Source: Opitutales bacterium
Lineage (GTDB): Bacteria > Verrucomicrobiota > Verrucomicrobiia > Opitutales > Coraliomargaritaceae
Reading direction: 5' to 3'
Assembly (NCBI GenBank): GCA_049598495.1
Contig: JBMYNR010000007.1
Span: 32,260-53,835, forward strand
DNA length: 21,576 nt
A program made the translations under genes and the position numbers. The notes beneath the pieces are model-generated. The model was not told the DNA's origin. It made no database searches and was given only the letters and a program-made list of their open reading frames with translations. Shown in pieces: positions 1 to 8,602 of this stretch (the stretch's first letter is position 1; each line of letters starts with the position of its first letter).

Positions 1-15
1 CTCATCACTAAGACC

Positions 16-108
16 CATGCTTCGCTCTACGAGCTACGCATGGCACAGCCATGTGTAGATTGTAGCTAAGCGAAGCATGCCCGGCGAAGCTCGAAGAGCA
101 TAGACGGG
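16..108. repeat. Palindromic intergenic repeat cluster (CTTCGC..AGCTACG-type hairpins)
   Basis: Perfect 11-bp inverted repeat CATGCTTCGCT (16-26)/AGCGAAGCATG (69-79) encloses the hairpin CTACGCATGGC-ACA-GCCATGTGTAG (34-58). A related GCGAAGCTCGAAGAGC unit follows. A similar core (GCTTCGCAGAAGCTACGC) occurs inside the 172-bp element. Confidence 0.6.
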
Positions 109-225
109 CGAGCCTTGTGGCCGATGAAGGAAGTAAACAGGGCCTACACCGAAGATTGAGGACAAGAGCGATTTCCTTTCTATTTATGCTTGTTGGTTCG
201 CCGCACGGAGCATTATTTGGGTGTA

Positions 226-1023
226 TTAGAGCGACCGCCCCACAGCCTCGGTAAAAGCAATTCGCCGAACGACTTCTGCTGCTAGAAAGAAACCGACGGT
301 TCCTGTCAAATAGGCCGCCGATCCAAACCCAGTATCGCAGTTTAGGCGATAGTCCTCCCCGGGTTCGCGCTCGCAACTCACCGTGCCGTCCGATTGCGGG
401 AAGACCGGCAACTCGTCCGAATAGACACAATCGATCTTGAATTTCTGTCGAGATAGCCGCGGAAAGCCGTATTGACGCCGCAAGCGCTTCCTTACCTGCA
501 AAAGGAGCGGGTCGTTGATCGTGCGGGAAAGATCGCAAATTTTCACACGACTTGGATCGACACAACCACCGGCGCCTCCGCAGGTGATCAGTTTTAGCCC
601 ACGCTTGCGCGCCTCAGCGATGAGATAGCACTTGTGCTTCGTCGCATCGATCGCATCGACGATGTAATCGTAATCTGGCTCCAGTAGACGATCGGCCGTT
701 GACTCAGTAAAAAACACCTCCTCCGCTGTTACCGCACACTCCGGCGAAATTTTCTTCACGCGCTCGGCTAAAACCGACGCCTTGCTCTGCCCAATCGTGC
801 CGTCCAGGGCATGAATCTGCCGATTCACATTACTCAGGCACACCTCATCCATGTCGACCATACTCAGAGCTCCCACACCAGAGCGAGCTAGGGCCTCCGC
901 GACCCAGGAGCCCACACCGCCCAAGCCTATCACGCAGACGTGCGCCGCGCGAATCCGTGCCAGCCCCTCGGCTCCGTAAAGTCGGCCGATCGCGCCAAAT
1001 CGTATCTCGTAATCAGAACCCAT
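226..1023 (-). CDS. tcdA: tRNA threonylcarbamoyladenosine dehydratase (ThiF/E1-like)
   Basis: RF...RLYG start, VIGLGGVGSW.AEALARSGVG nucleotide-binding loop, SNVNRQIHAL, YIVDAID, GGAGG..DP, DPLL..VRKRLR and C-terminal LNC..GFGS...TG..GF. Start taken at ATG 1023 (MGSDYEIRF). Confidence 0.9.
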   Translation of the reverse strand: MGSDYEIRFGAIGRLYGAEGLARIRAAHVCVIGLGGVGSWVAEALARSGVGALSMVDMDEVCLSNVNRQIHALDGTIGQSKASVLAERVKKISPECAVTAEEVFFTESTADRLLEPDYDYIVDAIDATKHKCYLIAEARKRGLKLITCGGAGGCVDPSRVKICDLSRTINDPLLLQVRKRLRRQYGFPRLSRQKFKIDCVYSDELPVFPQSDGTVSCEREPGEDYRLNCDTGFGSAAYLTGTVGFFLAAEVVRRIAFTEAVGRSL

Positions 1024-1049
1024 CGGATAATTAGAAGACAGAAAACACT

Positions 1050-1077
1050 TCACTACTCAATACTCACCATTCACAAT
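1050..1077. repeat. Heptamer tandem repeat (TCACTAC TCAATAC TCACCAT TCACAAT)
   Basis: Four degenerate 7-mers between the divergent tcdA and Nif3-like starts. Confidence 0.6.
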
Positions 1078-1083
1078 TCCTCT

Positions 1084-1842
1084 ATGGCTACTCTTCAGGA
1101 AATCGTCACTTTTTGCGATCAGCGCACTCAACGGGCAGAGGTCAAGGACTTCGATGGCGCACATAACGGCCTACAGTTGGAAAACAACGGCACCGTTAAT
1201 AAAATCGGCGCGGCCGTCGACGCAGGGCAACTACCCTTCGAAGCAGCCATCGCCAATGGCGTCGATTTTATCATTTGCCACCATGGCCTCTTCTGGGCGC
1301 CGCCGACCCCATTGACAGGTGCCAACGCACGCAAAATCAAGACGGCCTTCGATGGAAACCTAGCCGTTTACGGCGCTCATCTCCCCCTCGATTGCCACCC
1401 GGAAATCGGAAACAATGCCTTACTCGGGAAAGAGCTCGGCCTAAAGAAAGAAGGCACCTTCCTTGATTACGAAGGCAACGACATCGCGACAGTCGTGCTC
1501 GGCCCAACGGGCGGCCGTAAAGAACTGACTGAAAAACTCCGGGAGCTTTTCCCTGAAACATATCAAGCGATCGAATACGGGAGCGATTCGCCTCAACGCA
1601 TTGGCATACTAACCGGTAGCGGGCAAAGCGCTGTGCCCCATCTCCTCGCGAATGGGATCGACACACTCATCACGGGCGAGCTTCGCCAACACCATTTCAA
1701 CATGGCGCAGGAACTCGGACTCAACCTCTACCCCTGCGGGCACTACGCCACCGAGGTCTTCGGGGTAAAGGCACTCGCCGCAGAGGTGGCTACCCGGTTC
1801 CGACTCGAGTGGCAGTTTATCGAGCAACCCTGTAAGCTCTGA
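1084..1842 (+). CDS. Nif3-like dinuclear metal center hexameric protein (YbgI/DUF34 family)
   Basis: D..NGLQLE, AVDA, ICHHGLFW, YGAHLPLDCHPEIGNN, LITGE and GHYATEVFG motifs. Start at ATG 1084 (MATLQEIV). Confidence 0.92.
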   Translation: MATLQEIVTFCDQRTQRAEVKDFDGAHNGLQLENNGTVNKIGAAVDAGQLPFEAAIANGVDFIICHHGLFWAPPTPLTGANARKIKTAFDGNLAVYGAHLPLDCHPEIGNNALLGKELGLKKEGTFLDYEGNDIATVVLGPTGGRKELTEKLRELFPETYQAIEYGSDSPQRIGILTGSGQSAVPHLLANGIDTLITGELRQHHFNMAQELGLNLYPCGHYATEVFGVKALAAEVATRFRLEWQFIEQPCKL

Positions 1843-1914
1843 GCTTAAAAGATATCTCGAAACCTCAGCTCTGGGTTTGCCTTCTGGATTCGTCGAACTA
1901 AGTTCCACACTCAA

Positions 1915-3129
1915 ATGAAGAAAACGGCCAAAATTGAGCCTGACGGAAACTCGATGCTGATCCGAGCTTCGGCCAAGCGTCTTTTTGAGTGTCTCATGGA
2001 ACAGACGACGGACCGGATCTATATCAAAGATAAGAAGAGTCGCTTCATCGCAGCCAGCCAGCCTCTGGCAGACATGCATGGGTTTAAGGACCGCCACGAA
2101 CTCGAGGGCCTCACTGATTTTGACTTGTTCACAAACGAACATGCGCAGCAGGCCTTCGAGGATGAACAGGAAATCCTCCGCACCGAGAAGCCCAAACTCA
2201 ATAACATTGAAAAAGAGACGTGGGAGGACGGCTCCGTCACCTGGGTCTCTTCCAACAAAGCGCCGCTCTACCTTTCCTCGGGTAAACTGGTGGGGATCAT
2301 CGGGATTTCTCGGGATATCACAGCCGAGAAATATGCCCAAGAAATGCTCGCCAAAAGCGAACTCCGACTTCGTGAGCAAAATGACATTATGCGCTCGGAT
2401 TACGAAAGTGCGAAAGAGGTCCAGAGCGTCATGATCCCCGGCCGTGTGCCGCACGTTAAGCACGTCAATCTCGCACATCTTTGGAAGCCGATGACGCTTG
2501 TGGGGGGTGACATCATCAACTTTCCACGCAACCCCAGCAACTGCCTACTATTCTTCATGGGTGATGTCTGTGGGCACGGCGTGACTGCCGCATTTTTCAC
2601 CGTACTTATCAAATACCTCTCTGCGCATAGCGCAGAGGTTTATAGCGATAACCCCAGCGAGTTCCTCAACTCCTTAAACGAAGGGCTCACCGGTCGACTG
2701 AATCAAGGCTTCGTCACCGGACTGGCGGGCCATTTCGGTGCGCGCCAGAAAGATGGCAGTCGCAAGCTCGTCATCTCTCATGCGGGGCACCGCCAAGTCC
2801 TTGTTTACCGAAAGAAAGAAGACGCGATGGAACTGGTCGAATTACCGAACGGTACGGTCATGGGCATTCCTGGAACATCCGCATCACGTGCCAAGGCAAT
2901 CGACCTTCATATCGGGGACCGCTTCTACGCTTTCACTGATGGCATCGTCGAAGCATCCAACCCCAAAGGTGAAGAATACGGAATGAAACGAGTCATCGAG
3001 AACTTGAGAAAACTCTCTGTTAAGCCCGTCCAGCAAGCACTCGACGATCTCTACGAACAAGTCTGCGAATTCACGGAAGTGCCCGACCAGCAGGACGACA
3101 TTACCCTGCTTGGTTTCGAGTTAACCTAA
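1915..3129 (+). CDS. PAS domain + SpoIIE/RsbU-type PP2C serine phosphatase
   Basis: N-terminal PAS/PAC ([11 protein letters not shown]..., KAPL...[11 protein letters not shown]), a coiled linker, then PP2C motifs [24 protein letters not shown] and QDDITLL. Confidence 0.9.
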   Translation: MKKTAKIEPDGNSMLIRASAKRLFECLMEQTTDRIYIKDKKSRFIAASQPLADMHGFKDRHELEGLTDFDLFTNEHAQQAFEDEQEILRTEKPKLNNIEKETWEDGSVTWVSSNKAPLYLSSGKLVGIIGISRDITAEKYAQEMLAKSELRLREQNDIMRSDYESAKEVQSVMIPGRVPHVKHVNLAHLWKPMTLVGGDIINFPRNPSNCLLFFMGDVCGHGVTAAFFTVLIKYLSAHSAEVYSDNPSEFLNSLNEGLTGRLNQGFVTGLAGHFGARQKDGSRKLVISHAGHRQVLVYRKKEDAMELVELPNGTVMGIPGTSASRAKAIDLHIGDRFYAFTDGIVEASNPKGEEYGMKRVIENLRKLSVKPVQQALDDLYEQVCEFTEVPDQQDDITLLGFELT

Positions 3130-3137
3130 GGGACATC

Positions 3138-3902
3138 CTAAAAAATGTAGCCGCCTCGCTCCTGCGCGCACTGGTCGACCACGCTTAGAATATATGCGGC
3201 GGCCGTCTCTGCCCGCAAAACGTTGGCGCCAAGTCGCACAGAATTGAACCCAGCCGCGCGGAGTGCGGAATACTCGTTGGGGCTGAAGTCGCCTTCGGGA
3301 CCAACGGCAACCACGACTTCGCCAGGGGCACCCCCAGCCTCCAACACGTCCTTCAGTGGATGGCTGCCCGCCTCGAGACTCGCCACAATTCGAAGAGAGG
3401 CCCCTCTCGACTCCTCCCTAGCCAGCCAATCAGTGAGAGTGGCCGGCGGGCACAATTCAGGCAAGTGCGCCAGTCCGCACTGCTTGCAGGACTCAATCAT
3501 GGTCGCGCGCCATTTTTCAACTTTGGTTCGAATGCGCTCCCCCTTTATTTGAACCTCCCCCTGATCCGTGAAGACCGGTTGCACGCTGGCCGCACCGATC
3601 TCTGTGGCTATCCGCAGGATCAAATCCATCGTTTTCCCCTTGGGAATTGATTGAACGAGCGTCACTGCTGGTCGGAGTCGTGCCGATGACTGTTCGCTTT
3701 CAATCTCAAGAGTGGCGGCCTTTGCATCCGCACGTTCAATTCGCGCCTGGTAGCGGGTGCCTTTGCCGTCCAGTACCTCAACCGTCTCGCCGACCTTCGC
3801 ACGGAAGACGCGCACCAAATGGTGGCTCTCGCGAGGATCCAAGACGATGACACCTGCCTCGATCGAGGCTTCGGGAAACAAAAAGGAACGGTAGTGTGCC
3901 AT
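3138..3902 (-). CDS. rsmE: 16S rRNA m3U1498 methyltransferase
   Basis: HHLVRVFR...G, K...[28 protein letters not shown] and [11 protein letters not shown] motifs. Confidence 0.93.
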   Translation of the reverse strand: MAHYRSFLFPEASIEAGVIVLDPRESHHLVRVFRAKVGETVEVLDGKGTRYQARIERADAKAATLEIESEQSSARLRPAVTLVQSIPKGKTMDLILRIATEIGAASVQPVFTDQGEVQIKGERIRTKVEKWRATMIESCKQCGLAHLPELCPPATLTDWLAREESRGASLRIVASLEAGSHPLKDVLEAGGAPGEVVVAVGPEGDFSPNEYSALRAAGFNSVRLGANVLRAETAAAYILSVVDQCAQERGGYIF

Positions 3903-3964
3903 GGCAAAAATTTGAAAACGCGCTCGCCTCGTTGCAAATCATTGTTGCCCTTATTTCTACCTTA

Positions 3965-4023
3965 TCATTCATCGGCCACCGTGCCCTACGTAACTCGAAG
4001 GATCATTCATTCGCCATCATTCA
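3965..4023. repeat. Heptamer tandem repeats (TCATTCA/TTCGCCA)
   Basis: TCATTCA TCGGCCA at 3965-3978 and TCATTCA TTCGCCA TCATTCA at 4003-4023, directly upstream of the prlC start. Confidence 0.5.
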
Positions 4024-4026
4024 ATT

Positions 4027-6123
4027 ATGCACCCCTTCCTCTCCAACGACTTTCACATAAAATGGTCGCAACTGACTCCCGAGCATATCGAAGTGGATAT
4101 AAAAAAAGCACTGATCGATGCCAGCACCGCTGTCGAAAAGATCGCTGGTGCAGTAGATGCCAGCGGCAGCTACGAAGGCACAATTGGCGCCCTCGACGAA
4201 GCCCTTGAGCCACTCAACCGCGCATGGGGCCTCGTAGGCCATCTGGACTCCGTCTGCAATTGCCCCGCGCTGCGCGAGGCCTACAACAAGATGCTGCCGC
4301 AGGTGACCGATTTCTTTTCCAGTATTCCCCTCAACGCGGCACTATGGGAAACAATTAAAGCCTTCGGTAATAGCGAAGCCGTGGCCAAACTCTCTTCCGC
4401 TAAACAGCGTTACGTACTCGAGACGATGGCCGATTTCCGAGAACAAGGGGCGGATCTACCTGCTGAAAAAAAGAAGCGTGCCACTGAGCTCCAGAGCCGA
4501 CTGGCTGAGCTCACTCAGAAGTATTCCGAAAACTGTCTCGATGCCCTCAACGCCTGGGAGCGGATCGTCACCGACGAGACCGAGTTGTCTGGCCTGCCCG
4601 ATTCCGCAATCGCCGCCGCCAAACAGGATGCTAAGTCCAAGGGACGCGAGGACGTATGGCGCTTCACCCTACAGGCCCCCTCCTATATCGCCGTGATGTC
4701 CTATGCCGACAGCGATGCGCTGCGCAAAGATGTCTGGCAGGCCTACGCGACCATCGGTCGCGGCAAGACGCATAACAACCAACAACTTGTTCAAGAGATT
4801 CTCGACCTGCGCCACGAGTTCGCACAACTCGTCGGGCAGGCGAACTTCGCCGACCACGTGACCGAGCGCCGTATGGCCGCCTCCGGCGAGGCCGCACTCC
4901 GTTTCGGCGAAGCCATCTTTGAAAAAGTCCGCGACCCATTCGAAAACGAGGCCCAACAACTCCGCGCATTCAAGGTCGACCAACAACAATCATCAGACAA
5001 CGACCAACTTCTCGAACCCTGGGAGGCGGCCTACTGGGCCGAGAAGCAACGCAAGTCCAACTACGACTTCGATGAAGAAGCCCTGCGCCCCTACTTCCCA
5101 ATCGATCGCGTGATCGACGGCATGTTCGAAATCGCCCAGGAACTCTTCGGGTTGCGCATCGAGGAGCAAAACTCCGTTTTTATACAAGGTAGGGACGCCT
5201 GCCCTCAGGCGTCCGCTGAGTCAACGGCACCGCAGGTCTGGCATGAAGAGGTGAAGTTCTACAACCTCTTCGATGCCGAAACCAACGAGCTCCTCGGGGC
5301 CTTTTACGCCGACTGGCACCCGCGTGAAAGCAAGCGAGGCGGCGCCTGGATGAACTACCTCATCACGGGCGAACGCGGCACTGAACGCACACCCCACCTA
5401 GGCCTCATCTGCGGCAACCTGACTCCTTCTGTTGGCGACAAGCCTGCCTTACTGACACACCGCGAGGTCGAGACCGTCTTCCACGAATTCGGGCACCTCC
5501 TCCACCACCTCTGCGGTGAAGTCGAGGTAAAATCACTCAACGGGGTCAACGTGCCATGGGACTTCGTCGAGCTCCCTTCGCAGATTATGGAAAACTGGTG
5601 CTGGGAACGCGAGAGCCTCGATCGCTTCGCCCGACACTACGAGACCGGAGAGCCCATCCCTGAAGAGCTTTTTGAAAAGATGCTGGCCGCACGGAATTAT
5701 ATGAAGGCCAGCGCCAATGTCCGGCAGCTCGCCTTCGGGAAGATGGATCTCGAACTGCACATCAACTGGCCGCTCTCCAACAAGGAGGACCTCGATCAGT
5801 TTATTGACAACGCGCTGGACGGCTACACCGCAGAATACAAGACGCAGCCAAAGTCCAATGTCTTTAACTTTAGCCATCTCTTCAGCAGCCCGACCGGCTA
5901 TGCCGCCGGCTACTACAGCTACAAATGGGCTGAGGTGCTCGACGCCGATGCCTTCACCCGCTTCCAAAAGGAAGGCATCCTCAACCCCAAAACCGGACAC
6001 GACTTCCGCGAGAAAATCCTCGCCAAGGGAAACTCCGAAGACCCCGCCAAGCTCTATCAGAACTTCATGGGGCGCGCGCCCGACCCCGACGCCCTGCTTC
6101 GCAGGGACGGACTTTTAAGCTGA
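4027..6123 (+). CDS. prlC: M3 family metallopeptidase, oligopeptidase A
   Basis: KRGGAWM, zinc motif FHEFGHLLHH, WDFVELPSQIMENW and FSHLF...YAAGYYSYKWAEVL; 698 aa. Confidence 0.93.
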   Translation: MHPFLSNDFHIKWSQLTPEHIEVDIKKALIDASTAVEKIAGAVDASGSYEGTIGALDEALEPLNRAWGLVGHLDSVCNCPALREAYNKMLPQVTDFFSSIPLNAALWETIKAFGNSEAVAKLSSAKQRYVLETMADFREQGADLPAEKKKRATELQSRLAELTQKYSENCLDALNAWERIVTDETELSGLPDSAIAAAKQDAKSKGREDVWRFTLQAPSYIAVMSYADSDALRKDVWQAYATIGRGKTHNNQQLVQEILDLRHEFAQLVGQANFADHVTERRMAASGEAALRFGEAIFEKVRDPFENEAQQLRAFKVDQQQSSDNDQLLEPWEAAYWAEKQRKSNYDFDEEALRPYFPIDRVIDGMFEIAQELFGLRIEEQNSVFIQGRDACPQASAESTAPQVWHEEVKFYNLFDAETNELLGAFYADWHPRESKRGGAWMNYLITGERGTERTPHLGLICGNLTPSVGDKPALLTHREVETVFHEFGHLLHHLCGEVEVKSLNGVNVPWDFVELPSQIMENWCWERESLDRFARHYETGEPIPEELFEKMLAARNYMKASANVRQLAFGKMDLELHINWPLSNKEDLDQFIDNALDGYTAEYKTQPKSNVFNFSHLFSSPTGYAAGYYSYKWAEVLDADAFTRFQKEGILNPKTGHDFREKILAKGNSEDPAKLYQNFMGRAPDPDALLRRDGLLS
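5189..5214 (+). repeat. GTAG-type REP palindrome inside the prlC coding sequence
   Basis: GTAG-GGACGCCTG-CCCT-CAGGCGTCC. Near-identical to the intergenic REP at 9705-9730 (GTAG-GGACGCATG-CCCT-CATGCGTCC); both are preceded by AAG and followed by GCTG. Confidence 0.8.
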
Positions 6124-6304
6124 ACATCAGGATCATCGTAAGTATTAACTAATCTTACTGCTAATCAGCAGATCCTCCAAGCCTCATGGCTCTGGATATG
6201 GCCTTTCGCCTCGTTCGCCCCATAAGTAACAGGGAATTTTTGTGCCTACCCGAGCAGCTCAATAATACTTGAACTAAATAAATTTTTTCGTAGCTTAATT
6301 AACA

Positions 6305-6376
6305 GAAATCGCCCTGTTTGCACCGAATGCTGACGCAACGCGTCTGAGTTTTATGTAGGTCAAATGGGGCGTTTTC
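6305..6376 (-). ncRNA. Putative structured RNA at the 3' end of the DUF3800 gene (candidate DUF3800-associated RNA motif)
   Basis: Minus strand GAAAACGCCCCAUUUGACCUACAUAAAACUCAGACGCGUUGCGUCAGCAUUCGGUGCAAACAGGGCGAUUUC. Outer helix GAAA/UUUC, CGCCC/GGGCG, UUUG/CAAA, ACC/GGU encloses hairpin GACGC-GUU-GCGUC. The location fits the known association of Rfam DUF3800 motifs with DUF3800 genes. Folded by eye only. Confidence 0.6.
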
Positions 6377-7226
6377 GTTTATTGCGTTTTGTATGTTCTG
6401 GAGCGTAGCGATGCTCTGAAGGCACGAATCGCCAGTGCAAGTAGGGTGCCGACCATCGCTGAGCATAGTCTCCATCGATCCCGGTTGAAATTCCGATATT
6501 GAAATGCGGCTTCCCGGTGATTCGACGAATCTCACTGAGAATAATCTTATAGAGTTCATGCTTGGCGACTGTTCGCTTACCTCGGCGATACTTCCCCTCC
6601 GGCTTCGCCAGATGCTTTCCATTGAGTCGGAACGGTATCGAGCCCAAAACCAAGTCGGCACACTGAAGGAGGATGTGCGACTTCGAGTCCACCTCGGTGA
6701 CATCCTCTTCCGCAATCCTCAGCCCTGCTTTGCGAATACGTGACTCGTAGTTTAACCCGCAGACAAATCCCCGGAACTAAGACATCTTTTCGCGGGTTTG
6801 GTCGGGCAATTGGTCAAGGTAGAACCTTAGCTTCACCCCTTCTGGATGGTGGGGCATGTGGGGCAATCCAAATCCATGTTTGAGAAACTGGTAGTAGAGC
6901 AAAAAATACTCGTTCTTATGATGTTCGGGCGTCAATGAGGTCGCCTCATGGATGTTTTGCCGAAACATGACACGCATCCGGATGAGCCTCTCATCCATCA
7001 AATTGAAAAACTCCCGAACGACTGGCTCATAGCGCCGAACTTCCGAAGGGCCGACCTTTGTCCATTTGATTTCAGACTCAATCCCTTGTAATTCCTTAGC
7101 TGTCATCAATCGTTCGACAGACTCACGATAGCAGGAACCGGCCACAATCACGCCACCGTAGAAATTCGAGAAGAACGCGCCTCGCTTCTCAGATTCGTCG
7201 CAAAGAATCGTGTATTCCTTCTCCAT
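6360..7226 (-). pseudogene. DUF3800 domain protein interrupted by one in-frame amber codon
   Basis: ORFs 6777..7229 and 6360..6692 share a frame. Reading through TAG (6777-6779, codon 150) gives ...TREKMS*FRGFVCGLNYESRIRKAGLRIAEEDVTEVDSKSHILLQCADLVLG..., 288 codons in total. It carries the DUF3800 N-terminal DE motif (ILCDES), EIKW and the C-terminal QxxD motif (DSKSH.LLQCAD). Confidence 0.85.
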
Positions 7227-7447
7227 CACCCAGTTATCCCACGTTGGCGAGGCTGGTTTCGATCAGAGCGATTTCCTCGTCGGTCAGGTCGAAGAGGCGG
7301 CAAACGATCTGGTTGATAGCCTAGTAATGCATCAAACCGTTCGATATCGGGATTGTGCTCAAAAATCCCCGCGAACTTCTTTAGTAGCGCGTATTTTTCT
7401 CCGAGTTGGTAAAGAAGCACGTATTCATTCTCACGAGCACGTTGCAT
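7226..7447 (-). CDS. Possible small hypothetical protein or gene fragment (73 aa)
   Basis: GGAGG lies 8 nt before the ATG at 7447, and the TGA stop overlaps the DUF3800 ATG (TGATG). However, its 3' part is an alternative-frame reading of the R-M remnant, so it may be a chimeric relic. Confidence 0.25.
   Translation of the reverse strand: MQRARENEYVLLYQLGEKYALLKKFAGIFEHNPDIERFDALLGYQPDRLPPLRPDRRGNRSDRNQPRQRGITG
7234..7320 (-). pseudogene. C-terminal remnant of a probable type IIG/Eco57I/TaqI-like restriction-modification protein
   Basis: A frame absent from the ORF track reads AINQIVCRLFDLTDEEIALIETSLANVG*, matching the typical 'ID.LVY.LY.LT.EEI..IE' terminus of such enzymes. It has no start codon and an in-frame TAG directly upstream (7321-7323). 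Confidence 0.65.
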
Positions 7448-7528
7448 CCTTGTTTCCTCCGAAGCAATGGTTTTTGAAATTTCGCTTAATGCTTGGCAGT
7501 CAAACCGTTGTCCGCTGATTTGTTATTG

Positions 7529-8575
7529 ATGCCATTCTCACCCAATGATCCGCCGACCGGCACTGACTTTATCGAACAAAGCCTCGCCGAACACAATGCC
7601 CCGCAGGATTCTATCCTTCGCCCACCCAGCTTCGACGACTTTGCCGGCCAGCCAAAGACCTTAGAACGACTGCAAGTCATGGTCGGGGCCGCCCGCGACC
7701 GGGGTGAACCGCTCAATCATATCCTGCTGAGCGGACCCCCTGGTCTCGGGAAGACCACGCTTTCACTGATCCTTGGAAACGAGATGGGAACCAAGGTCAA
7801 CATTACCTCGGGACCAGTTATCGACAAGCCCGCCGATCTGGCTGGATTACTCACCAACCTCAATGAGGGCGACATCCTCTTCATCGACGAGATTCACCGC
7901 ATCCCCAAGACCGTGGAGGAATACCTCTACTCGGCAATGGAAGACTTTCGGATCGATATCATGATTGATCAGGGGCCGAACGCGCGCAGTGTTCGTCTTA
8001 ATCTTCCTCGCTTTACCTTGCTCGGAGCGACGACTCGAATGGGGCTACTTACTGCGCCACTGCGTAGCCGCTTCACCCTGCAGAGTCGCCTCAGCTATTA
8101 CGACCATGCCACTCTTCAGGGCATCGTCGAGCGCACCTGCGGCCTGCTAAATGTTGCCTTCGAACCAGAAGGCGCTGCCGAGATCGCCCGACGCGCCCGC
8201 GGCACCCCACGTATCGCCAATAACCTCGTCAACTTCTGCCGCGACTACGCACAGCAACGCGGCAAGGGCACCATCACACAAGACTCCGCAGCAGCCGCCC
8301 TGGAACTCCTCGAGATCGACCAGCGCGGCCTTGACGAAATGGATAAACAGGTCATACGCGTGATGGCCGAGAACTACCGCGGTGGCCCCGTCGGCCTCGG
8401 CACGATCGCCGTCGCCGTCGGCGAGGAAGCCCACACCCTCGAAGAAGTTCATGAACCCTTCCTGATCCAGGAAGGCTATCTTCAGCGGACCGCACAGGGC
8501 CGCGTCCTAACCGAAAAGGGCTGGCACGTCATCGGCCTCGACGCTCCCGGCGGCGGGCAAGGAGAATTACTCTAA
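7529..8575 (+). CDS. ruvB: Holliday junction branch migration DNA helicase RuvB
   Basis: LRP..FDDFAGQ, Walker A GPPGLGKTT, LFIDEIHR, YSAMEDF, GATTR.GLLTAPLRSRF, RGTPRIAN and EPFLIQEG..QRT.QGR. Start at ATG 7529. Confidence 0.97.
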   Translation: MPFSPNDPPTGTDFIEQSLAEHNAPQDSILRPPSFDDFAGQPKTLERLQVMVGAARDRGEPLNHILLSGPPGLGKTTLSLILGNEMGTKVNITSGPVIDKPADLAGLLTNLNEGDILFIDEIHRIPKTVEEYLYSAMEDFRIDIMIDQGPNARSVRLNLPRFTLLGATTRMGLLTAPLRSRFTLQSRLSYYDHATLQGIVERTCGLLNVAFEPEGAAEIARRARGTPRIANNLVNFCRDYAQQRGKGTITQDSAAAALELLEIDQRGLDEMDKQVIRVMAENYRGGPVGLGTIAVAVGEEAHTLEEVHEPFLIQEGYLQRTAQGRVLTEKGWHVIGLDAPGGGQGELL

Positions 8576-8602
8576 TCTGCGGATTTCAAAATATCACCAA
8601 TC

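Noticed and set aside
8..565. 185-aa minus-strand ORF overlapping tcdA
   Set aside because: Out-of-frame overlap with tcdA that extends into palindromic repeats.
6299..6715. 138-aa minus-strand ORF and 6504..6743 plus-strand ORF
   Set aside because: Alternative-frame or antisense shadows of the DUF3800 C-terminal half, which carries the recognisable motifs.
6777..6779. Genome-wide TAG recoding or pyrrolysine insertion
   Set aside because: TAG ends well-conserved genes in this window (recA, HAD, rsmE) at expected lengths, and no pyl genes are present here.
6124..7490. Integrative element with att direct repeats
   Set aside because: No integrase, tRNA target or convincing flanking direct repeat was found by eye.
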